Source: Vicugna vicugna
Lineage: Eukaryota
Reading direction: 5' to 3'
DNA length: 64,000 nucleotides
Assembly (NCBI GenBank): GCA_013265495.1
Contig: MU057989.1
Coordinates: 1,257,513-1,321,512 of the forward strand
Shown: positions 1-9,709 of the stretch, piece by piece
Layout: each line of letters opens with the position of its first letter
How positions within the stretch are numbered: the first letter of the stretch is position 1
Notes under the pieces: model-generated
Seen by the model: only the letters and a program-made list of their open reading frames with translations
Told to the model about the DNA's origin: nothing
Database searches by the model: none
Made by a program: the position numbers and the translations under genes

Positions 1-3000
1 TTCTCCCAGGGGAATCAGCCCCTGGAGCTTCTGTAAACAGAGTGTCAGAGGCAGGAAGAGGGCTCTGGTAATGAGCAGCCCAGCTGGATTCCCTCCAGAC
101 CATTATCTGGCCTCTCCCGGGCCCAGGGAGGGAGGATGAGCACACACGTGCCAGGCTGGGGGCCTGGGCACTGCCTGTTCCTACCTCCCCCAGGCTCATG
201 GCGTCAGACTAAAACTACTCGAGGACTTGTGGGTCCAGAGGGTCAGATGGGGCAGGTGGGGGCTGAAGTCTTAGGGAATTTGCTGGAATGGCACCACTCT
301 CTCCAGACTCTGAACGTGGAGGAGGAGTTCAACTGTCTGAAGTCTCTCAGACAGTGCCCAGACCTGTGCTCTGCCCAGGCAGCCCTGGGGCCAGGGAGAT
401 GCCCTGGGCAGGAGATGGGTCCAGTTCCTGGCTCCCATTCCTGACATCCCCACTACAGCCCTAGGGCAGTTGGGACAAGTCCCAGGTAAAGAGTTGAGGC
501 CTTGTGGGGGTTAAGTGGATCCCACCCCTGGGCTAGGCAGCTCCTGGGATCAGGACAAGGGTCTCAGCTGAGCCCAGGAGGCAGCTCCCACCTCAGTGCG
601 CTGGCCAGCCATTCAGTGCCCCTGATGACCAGAGAGAAGGCTGGGTGAGCCTCTGTCCACAGAAGCATCCCTGACCATTGGCAGCTTGTGGGAAGGACAG
701 CAGTGCCACCTAACAGGGTTAGTGATTCTTCCCAGAGCCCCCCTCATAGTCCCCTCTCTGGGCCAGAGAGCCCAAGGCTCTGTACTGCCAAGAAAACCAG
801 CTCCCCTCACTGCTGTGGAATTTGAGAGTTCTTGGAGAAGGGGGAGGGTGTGTGTGTGTCTCAGAGCACAGCCCAGTGGGCGTGTGTCTGGCGTGGGCAT
901 GTGTCTGCGCGCGCGTGACTAGAGCAGGGCTGTGTTTGGGGGCAGGCAGGGGTGCAGCGAGGGTGGGCGGGGGCTCAGCCCTCTTCCTTTTATCGGTTTC
1001 CACATTCCAGAGTCAGCCAGATTGCTTTCCCTCAGCTGGCTGGGCTGCCTGGCCGGCTAGGCCTGTGGGCCTCCCCCGCTTTTCCTCATTCCAGCCTCCC
1101 TGGGTATGGAGAGGCTGGAGCAAGCTCCCTTGGGCCACCTCCAGTTTGGGGGGTGGGGGCAGGTGGGGTGGGGGCAGGCGAGGGGCCAGTGCCTCTCCAA
1201 GGTTGGGGACGACCCCCCACCGGTCTCCTCCCGGGGAATGCAATAAGGCTCTGACATTCCTCAGAGGCTGCCAGAGAGATTTAATTAAGGAGGAAGGAGA
1301 GAGCTGGCTTGCATTGAGAAGAGGCTGGGGCTGAGGCTGGGGTGGCCACTGGGGCCCCACTGGCCCTGGGCCTGGATGGGCAGCAGTGAGAGCTGAGAGA
1401 TAAGGTTGCGGCTCCCCTAATCAATCCCACTTGCCCGCTGATCAGCTCACAGACCCCAGGAAGGGCCTCTTCTGCCTCAGGGTGACCGAGAACCCTGGGC
1501 ATGATGAGAATGAGAAGGGCAAGACCCCTTCTGGGGCCATTTCTTTCTCGGACCCTGCAAGACCCAGACAGCCTGGGCCTAGCTGACTTGGGACTGGCGG
1601 CCTCCCTTGGTGACTACAGTCTTCCTCTGGCAAATTCAAGGTTAATTGCAGGGTTAGAGCCTTACTTGATATGTGCTTGGCTCTGGGTGTGGACAGGGCA
1701 TTGATGAGGCCCCATGTCTGAGGCCAGTCCCAGCGGCATCACACCTGCGTGTGCCAACTGGCATCTGGATCAGCCCATTTCAAGTTGGGCCACAGCCACC
1801 AGTATAGCTCCTGGGGCAGCAGGTGTCCTCTCAGTAGAGTGGCACCTCTCCCGAGTGAGAAGGCATGTTCTGCTGCCCTCAGGGCTCAAGTCAGGGACTG
1901 GCCTTAGTCACCGGTCTTCCTGTCCTGGGCTGACAGGTCTGGCGGCCAGCAAGTCACCCACGGTGCCACAGAAGGCACCCACCTGGGGCCAGGCAGCTCC
2001 TGCTATGGGGGAAGGGGAGGCAGAAAGCCCAGTTCCTGCTCTTCTAGTGCTGCCAGCTGGCCATGCCTGCTCAGGAATCCACTCTTCCCTGGGCAGGGAG
2101 ATGGGCTGACACACTGTCCCCCTCTGCAACCCTCTGCCCCAGGATCTGAGACCTGGCTATATGGGAGACCCACCCAAGGAGCTTCTCTAAAACACAACTC
2201 TGCCTGACTCTCACTCCAGAAATTCTTACTTAATTGGTTGGGCTTGGGGGTGGTGTAGGGGGGCCCAGGCATTAGGAACTTTCTAAAGCTTCCTGGTGAT
2301 TTTGATGTGCAGCTGGGACTGAGAAGCCCTATAGGTGGGAGACAGAAGAGAAGGGACCTAGATGAGGTCGTGGAGTGTCGGACCTTATCTGTAGCATGAG
2401 CAGAACCAACCACTAGTGGTGATGGAGTTAAGTAAGGCAGAGATGCCAAGACTGGTGGGGACCCCCAGCTTGATCATAGGGCGGGGCTAGGACCCCCACA
2501 CAGAGAGGGCTGTCTCTGAGGAACTGGAGGCTCAGCCCCCTCGGCCCGTTCCATGAGGGTCTAGGACAGAGAACCCAACCTGCTAGACCAGGGGCTGCTG
2601 CTCCCCAGGGATGGGGAGACTGGTGGACCTGGCTCAGGCCCGGAGCCTCCTCAGACACGTCAGCGAAACCGGAGCCAGCCATTCTGGCCGCCGGCATGGT
2701 CCCGCCTGCCTGGGGGGTTGGCAGACTCCTGGGCTGGGCTGCTGCCAGGCCTGGCCGGCAGGCCGGCACTAGAGCCACAGCCCAGACCCGTGGGGTCAGA
2801 TCTGCAGCACCAGACCCCTGTACCCACTCTTAGTGTCGGGTATAGGGGGTGGGTGTGCCTTTCTCTGCTTGTACCTCTTTCCCCACCAGCCAGGCTGAGA
2901 TGCTCCAGCCTAAGGTCTGATGTGGTCACTCAAAAGCCAGGGTTCTACATACTGGCCATTCCCTCCCTGACCCAGGGCCTGTGTGTGAGTGGGTGCCTCC

Positions 3001-6000
3001 AGGTGTGTCCCACACTTGGGGGTGGGTGAGGACACTCTGGGTCCTCCTCAGAGCTGAGATGACGATGTCTTTACTCATAGAGTTCCTCCTTCTGCTCCGC
3101 CCTGCCCCCCCAGGTCATATGCTGAAGGTGCCGGCCAAAGGACAGCTCACTCCCCCCACCCCCTTCCAGAACTAAAGACACCCCTCTTCAGGCTGCTCTC
3201 CCCAGCTTCTCCGGCTCTCCCACACCCGAGGGTGGAGGCCTCACCCTCGGCCCCGGGGCCTCCTGTCTGTGCTGAAATATGCGTGGAACCCCTCTCGCAC
3301 CATGGCACCCTCACCCCGTATGTGGAAGGCAGGACTTAGGTTTTATGGGTGACACTCTTGGTAGCTAGTGTTTACCGACCACTTAGAATGTTCTCCAGGT
3401 ACAAACTAAACAGCCCTGAGACTCAGATGCTATACCCAGCCCCCCTACTTCACAGACGGGAACTGAGGTGAAGGGCTGTGGCCAGGTTGTCATGTCAGAC
3501 CCCAAACCCCATCCCAGCACTGTTCCCTGGAGGACCCCAAGGTGGGGCCAGGCCAAGGTGGGTCCAGCTGGAGGCCCTGGACACTTTGACCTCCTGGTCC
3601 CCCCTCCCCCGCCAAATCCCAGGCTGCCTCCAGAATTCTCCCCACACCCTTTGCAGCAGGAAAGGTCCCACCTCCCTGCCTCGAGTCAGCAGATCAGATA
3701 TCAAAGCCCAGGCCCCTGGTCCTTCAGAGCTGCTGAAATTGCAAGGGCCAGGGCAGCCGTGACCCCAGCGAGACACCCCCACCCCCAATGCACACACACA
3801 CACCAGCACGCGCCCAGACAGGCGGGATCACTCCCAGAACTTGTTAAAAGAACTTCCCCATTTAAAACAAACAGAACAACCCAGAACTACAACCCCTGGG
3901 TGCTCGGAACAACTCCAGAGGCTGAAGCAAGGCTGGTGAGAAACAAGCCAATGGTTGAGAAGGGATCTAGAAAGCTATTTAGGAGTAGAACTTGTCTCCT
4001 GCTGCCCCAACTGTCCCCTCCACCGTCAGTCTTCGCCCTCTGGGTCCCCTCTTGGTGGCAGAGCTCCTGGAGCTGACAGCCCTCAGCCTGCTATTTTCCC
4101 AGGCCCTGGTGCCAGCTCCTTGCTGGATGGGTAGAGTGGGCAGCAGCACTCATCCCTGCAGCACAGGGGGTGGGAAGCAGAGTAGCTGCTGCCTGTTGGG
4201 GTCTCCCCAGCCCAGAATGCCAGTTGCTCTTGTTCTGATCCAGCCCCTGCTCTCCACCAGCTCAGCCAGATTGCCACCCTGCAGCCAGAGACCCTCAGCT
4301 TCCCTGCCTCCCTCCCCCATGGTGGCTTTACTGATTAAAGGGCCAGGAGTGAAACCCAGAGCCCAGGCTGATCCCTTCCTCAATGCAGAATGGGACCACG
4401 CCTGGCAGCTCGATGTTCCGTGCTCCCGGTCTTGGGAGGTGTCAATTCTGAAATGCCCTTGTGGACAGATGAGGAAACTGAGGTACTGAGAGAAGGCTGC
4501 TGTCTGTGGCCTCACAGCTTGGACACCCCTGGCCCAGGGCTTCCTGACTGGAACGTGAGCTTTTAACCGTGACCTTATATGAGGCCCAGGGGGAGTTGAA
4601 GCCGCAGGGGTGGCCAGTCTGGCCACGTGTAGGACCCCCTCCCACTCCAGAGACTGGCTGCTCCCTTCTTGACCCTGCCTGCCCCACCCCCTGCCAGGAG
4701 GGCTGATTCAAGGGGAGGCAGCTCACCCCCTACGTGGATGAGGGGGCGGGGGTCGCTCACAGCCCACATCTGGAGGCCAGGCTGCACCCGCCACCCGCCG
4801 CCTTCTGAGTCAGTGAGGGTGGAGCGGGTCCACGCGGGGGAGGAGGCTGGGTGCGGCACACAGAGTCCCCTCGGGACGGGACTGCCAGCAGGGCCAGGGG
4901 CACATGAGGCCTCCCAGGTTCTGGCTGAGCTTCATCTGAGGCTGAGTGTGAGACCCTGCCCCACCGTTGACTCAACAAAGATGTGCTCTAGGGTGCACAG
5001 GAGCGAAAACAGACAGGGCCTCCCCTCAGGGAGGGGACAGTACAATCTGGAGAGCACAGGAGGTGGCGCTGCCTGGGAGTCAGGGAAGGCCTCTCTGGCT
5101 GGCCTCGAAGGGTAGTCATCAGTGTTTTAACTACTGAGAGGCAGAGAAGACTCTGCAGGCGGGCAGGGCCTAGGGAGGCCCAGCCTGGTGACAGGCTTTT
5201 ACTCAGAGGTGGCCCCAGACCACAGTGGCCTTCCAGGGACCACCTTCCCTCCTCTGCCTCACGTTCCAGGAGCCCGCATACCTGGGGAGGGGCAGTCTGA
5301 TCAACCGCAGCGGGTATAAGGCAGGCTGGGCTGGGGGCTGTGCTACCTGCTGTGGCTGGATGGCTGGCCAGTGTGGGGGAAGGGGAGGCTGAGCCCCAGC
5401 ACAAAAGGCCCTTGTGCTTGCAGGAGGCACCTGGAGGGGAGGGGTGTCGGCCTCTCAGGGACTCTAGGGGCCCAGAATGTGGGCACTGCTGCTGCAGTGG
5501 CCCCCTGGGCTCCCCCCAGGAGCCTGAGTGAAGGGGGGCCCATGTCTTAGGCAGTTCCAGCTATGAGTGGGAGCCTGCAGCAGCTGGGGGAGCCACCCCC
5601 ACCCCAGGCAGGACTGGGGCCCACGTCAGGAAGGCAGGCCCAGCTGCACCTGGATGTGGTTAAGGACCTGGGCTCCAGCTCAGATTTGCCGGCAGTGTGA
5701 CAACAGCAAGTCACTGCACCTCTAGGAGCCCCCTTTCTCCTGTCATCTGAGTGTGGGGAGAATAGCTTCCACCTGGAGTGGCTGCTGGGGACTGAACGAG
5801 GGGACAGCAGATGCTCAGTGCCCCTGGCACATGGGGAGGGCTGCTCCTCTTGCTCAATGGTTGGCCCAGGGCAGACCCTGAGAAACAACAGAGGATCCAA
5901 TCTGTGGAGCATTTCGAGGCTTGGCACTGCTTCTGGGGCCACCACCCAACCAACGTCCCCCAACCTGAGCACTGGGTCTACCCAGGGAGGCTGGACCCCC

Positions 6001-6870
6001 CTCACCTCTAGTTCTGTCATCACAGCTGAGAGGCAGGGGATCTGGAGACCAGATTCCGTGCCTCCCCCCTTCCCACAGGGGACACCTGCCAATGGCTCCA
6101 GCCCTCCTCTGCCCTCTCCCCCAGGAACTTTCCTGCTGGCCACATCCTCGCAGGCCCACAGCTCCTGTCCTGGGCAGGTCTGACTTCACAAGTGGAAAAA
6201 CACCAATCCCATAGTTTCCATGTGAAGTCTTCCCGCTGCGGTCTCCTCACTTGGAGGATGCCGAGCGTGGCAGCAGGGGCCGGCGGCCTGGGGCAGCCTG
6301 CTTCTCTACTTACGTGCTCAGGCGCGGCCTCCTGCCCGCCCGTCTGTCTCTCCCAGATGCTGCGGGAGGGGCTGCTGCTCCAGAACCCACCATTCTCACT
6401 CCTTCCTTACCCACTTCTGCAGAGATTTTGGGGGGAATTTGGCGAGGGGGGTGGGTGGAGTTGGGGCAGAATCTGATGCTTTTTGACCATGTGTTCTCTC
6501 TCAGCCATAGAGAGGTGAGAAGGCTGGGGCTAAGAAGGGAGGTTATTCATGGTCACTGAGTGTTTGGGGGCCAGCCCCCCTCTGTGTGCACCAGCCCACC
6601 GAACCCTGGTGACAGCACAGGAAGTAGCAACTGATATCATAACGAGGTCATGTGACTGCTCAAAGTCACATAGCGACGGAGTGACGGGTCTGGGACAGGA
6701 ACCCAGCCAGGACACTGGGGACCTGACTCACAACTACTGTGTGCTGTTGGATTTGGAGGCTGGGAATGCTGAAGGGGGCTGGGAATTCCCTTCATCCTTC
6801 CTGGAGCGGCTATCCCTAGGGCTCCTGACTCATGGTATCCCCTCTCCTCTCTGCTCCCAGGGACCAGAAG

Positions 6871-8904
6871 ATGAGCTCCAAGATCCCCCAACGCCTGTTG
6901 CTGCCACTGCTGCTGCTGCTGCCAGCCCTGGGGTCCAGGGTGCAGGGCTGCCCATCAGGCTGCCAGTGCAACCAGCCACAGACAGTCTTCTGCACTGCCC
7001 GCCAGGGGACCACGGTGCCTCATGATGTGCCGCCCGACACAGTGGGCCTGTACATCTTTGAGAACGGCATCACCACACTTGATGTGGGCAGCTTTGCCAG
7101 CCTGCCGGGCCTGCAGCTCCTGGACCTGTCGCAGAACCAGATCACCAGCCTGCCGGGTGGGGTCTTCCAGCCTCTAGCCAACCTCAGCAACCTGGACCTG
7201 ACAGCCAACAGGCTGCGAGAAATCACCAATGACACCTTCCGTGGCCTGCGGCGCCTGGAGCGCCTCTACCTGGGCAAGAACCGCATCCACCACATCCAGC
7301 CCGGTGCTTTCGATGCACTTGACCACCTCCTGGAGCTCAAGCTGCAGGACAACGAGCTGCGGGTGCTGCCCCCGCTGCGCCTGCCGCGCCTGCTGCTGCT
7401 CGACCTCAGTCACAACAGCCTCCCAGCCCTGGAGCCCGACAGCCTGGACACCGCCAATGTTGAGGCGCTGCGGCTGGCCGGCTTGGGGCTGCGGCGGCTG
7501 GACGAGGGGCTCTTTGGCCGCCTACGCAACCTCCACGACCTGGACGTAGCCGACAACCAGCTGGAGCGTGTGCCGCCTGCCATCCGTGGCCTGCGGGGCC
7601 TGACGCGCCTGCGGCTGGCTGGCAACACGCGCATCGCCCAGCTGCGGCCCGAGGACCTGGCTGGCCTGGTGGCCCTCCAGGAGCTGGACCTGAGCAACCT
7701 GAGCCTGCAGGCCCTGCCGCACGAGCTCTCAGGCCTCTTCCCCCGCCTACGGCTCTTGGCGGCTGCCCGTAACCCCTTCAACTGCGTGTGCCCCCTGAGC
7801 TGGTTTGGCCCCTGGGTGCGAGAGAGCCGTGTGGCACTGGCCAGCCCCGAGGAGACGCGCTGCCACTTCCCACCCAAGAACGCGGGCCGGCTGCTCCTGG
7901 ACCTTGACTATGCTGACTTTGGCTGCCCGGCCACCACCACCACGAGGCCCACGGTGCCCACCACGAGGCCCACGGTGTGGGAGCCCACATTCCCACCTTC
8001 TAGCCCAGCTCCCACCTGGTTTAGCCCCACAGAGCCTGCCACCGAGGCCCAGAGCCTGCCATCTGATGTTCCACCAACTGTGGGGCTTGCCCCCTGGCCC
8101 CAGGACTGCCCGGCATCCATCTGCCTCAACGGGGGCACCTGCCACCTGGGGCCTCGGGGCCACCTGGAGTGCCTGTGCCCCGAGGGCTTCACCGGCCTGT
8201 ACTGTGACAGCCGGGTAAGGCAAGGGCCAAGGTCCAGTCCTGCCCCGGCCACGCCACGGCCACCCCAGCCCCTGCCCCTCGGCATCGAGCCTGCAAGCCC
8301 CACCTCCCTGCGGGTGGGGCTGCAGCGCTACCTGCAGGGCAGCCCTGTGCAGCTCAGGAGCCTCCGCCTCACCTACCGCAACCTGTCTGGTCCCGACAAG
8401 CGGCCAGTGACACTGCGGCTGCCTGCCTCACTCGCTGAGTACACAGTCACCCAGCTGCGGCCCAACGCCACCTACTCCATCTGTGTCAGGCCCCTGGGGG
8501 CCGGGAGGGTGCCTGAGGGCGAGGAGGCCTGTGGGGAGGCCCGCACACCCCCAGCTGTCCGTTCCAACCACTCCCCAGTCACCCAGGCGCGCGAGGGCAA
8601 CCTGCCACTCCTCATCGCGCCTGCCCTGGCCGCCGTGCTCCTGGCCGTGCTGGCCGCCGTGGGGGCGGCCATCTGTGTGCGGCGGGGACGGGCCGCAGCA
8701 GCTGTGGCTCAGGGCAAAGGGCAGGTGGGGCCGGGGGCCGGGCCCCTGGAGTTGGAGGGGGTGAAGACCCCCTTGGAGCCAAGCCCCAAGGCAACTGAGG
8801 GTGGTGGGGAAGCCCCACCAGGAGGGCCTGAGTGTGAGGTGCCGCTCATGGGCTACTCGGGGCCCAGCCCACAGGGGCCCCTCCCTGCTAAACCCTACAT
8901 CTAA
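6871..8904 (+). CDS. VASN: Vasorin (SLITL2), complete CDS in one coding exon, 677 aa: signal peptide, LRRNT, ~10 LRRs, LRRCT, T/P-rich stalk, EGF, FN3, transmembrane helix, short tail ending KPYI
   Basis: Long intact ORF containing CPSGCQCNQPQTVFC, LxxLxLxxN repeats, NPFNCVCPLSWF, EGF CLNGGTC..CLCPEGFTGLYC, FN3 YTVTQLRPNATYSICV and TM LLIAPALAAVLLAVLAAVGAAICV. A polypyrimidine tract plus CAG acceptor ends at 6860, so the exon starts at 6861 and the first exonic ATG is 6871; stop TAA at 8902-8904. The non-coding first exon was not located and may lie left of the window. Confidence 0.98.
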   Translation: MSSKIPQRLLLPLLLLLPALGSRVQGCPSGCQCNQPQTVFCTARQGTTVPHDVPPDTVGLYIFENGITTLDVGSFASLPGLQLLDLSQNQITSLPGGVFQPLANLSNLDLTANRLREITNDTFRGLRRLERLYLGKNRIHHIQPGAFDALDHLLELKLQDNELRVLPPLRLPRLLLLDLSHNSLPALEPDSLDTANVEALRLAGLGLRRLDEGLFGRLRNLHDLDVADNQLERVPPAIRGLRGLTRLRLAGNTRIAQLRPEDLAGLVALQELDLSNLSLQALPHELSGLFPRLRLLAAARNPFNCVCPLSWFGPWVRESRVALASPEETRCHFPPKNAGRLLLDLDYADFGCPATTTTRPTVPTTRPTVWEPTFPPSSPAPTWFSPTEPATEAQSLPSDVPPTVGLAPWPQDCPASICLNGGTCHLGPRGHLECLCPEGFTGLYCDSRVRQGPRSSPAPATPRPPQPLPLGIEPASPTSLRVGLQRYLQGSPVQLRSLRLTYRNLSGPDKRPVTLRLPASLAEYTVTQLRPNATYSICVRPLGAGRVPEGEEACGEARTPPAVRSNHSPVTQAREGNLPLLIAPALAAVLLAVLAAVGAAICVRRGRAAAAVAQGKGQVGPGAGPLELEGVKTPLEPSPKATEGGGEAPPGGPECEVPLMGYSGPSPQGPLPAKPYI

Positions 8905-9499
8905 GCCTGGGAGTGATGGACCACCGAGGCCAGGTGCTCAGCCCCACTGGGACTGGCCAGTCTCCTGCTGCCAGACCAAGGAAGTTCTCAGATCTGAACA
9001 ACGAGGACACGTCAGGACTGGGGCCGTGTGACCCCTCTCTGGACCTTGGTCTCCTAGTCTGTAAGATGCTGAGACCCAGGTGATGACCTCTGAGGTGTGA
9101 CCCAACTCGAGTGCCTAAAGGATGGCATCAGCCCGTCCTCTGCAACATGCAACCCCCGGGGTGGGGCGGGCCCTGCCGTGTGCTGGTAACACAGGCCCGG
9201 GGCTGCGAAGCCCCACACCCCAGGGAGGCTCTGGGTGGCCAGTGAAGGAAGCCCCCGGAAAAGAGAGCAGAGGGAGAGTGAGGTTAGGGATGGGGTGTGT
9301 GGCCCTGCCTCGGCTCCAGGGAGTGAAGGAACAAAAGAAACTGGAAAGCAAGATGCTTTAGGAACAAGTTTTGCTTTTGTTTTTTAAAATATATTTATAA
9401 AAGATCCTTTCCCATTTATTATGGGAAAATGTTTTCAAACTCAGAGACAAGGACTTTGGTTTTTGTAAGACAAACAATATGAAGGCCTTTTGTAAGAAA

Positions 9500-9505
9500 A
9501 ATAAA
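9500..9505 (+). terminator. VASN: VASN polyadenylation signal AATAAA (3' UTR ~8905-9525)
   Basis: AATAAA about 600 nt after the stop, preceded by an AU-rich block (9370-9440) and followed by GT-rich GTGTGTTTCTT. Confidence 0.8.
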
Positions 9506-9602
9506 GGATGAAAAGAAATGAGTGTGTTTCTTCGGCACGGCCCCACTGTACCTGGACTGGGTGGAGGGAGGGTGGCTCGCAGAATAGGCATAAAGGGGCA
9601 GC

Positions 9603-9709
9603 CCTTGAGGGGAGAGTACAGCTCAGTAGTCAAGTGCATACTTAGCATGCATGAGGTCCTGGGTTCAATTTCCAGTACTGCCATTAAAAAAAAAGTTTAC
9701 AAAAATAAA
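9603..9709 (+). mobile_element. tRNA-Ala-derived SINE (vic-1-like), short-tail copy
   Basis: tRNA-like head (AGCTCAGTAG..CTTAGCATGCATGAGGTCCTGGGTTCAAT), A-rich tail; TSD ATAAAGG(G/A)CAGC-type at 9590-9602 and 9710-9722. Confidence 0.85.

Noticed and set aside
6832..6870. 13-codon N-terminal extension of VASN in the ORF track (690 aa)
   Set aside because: The ATG at 6832 lies upstream of the CAG acceptor (6860), between the branch point and polypyrimidine tract. The signal peptide starts properly from 6871.
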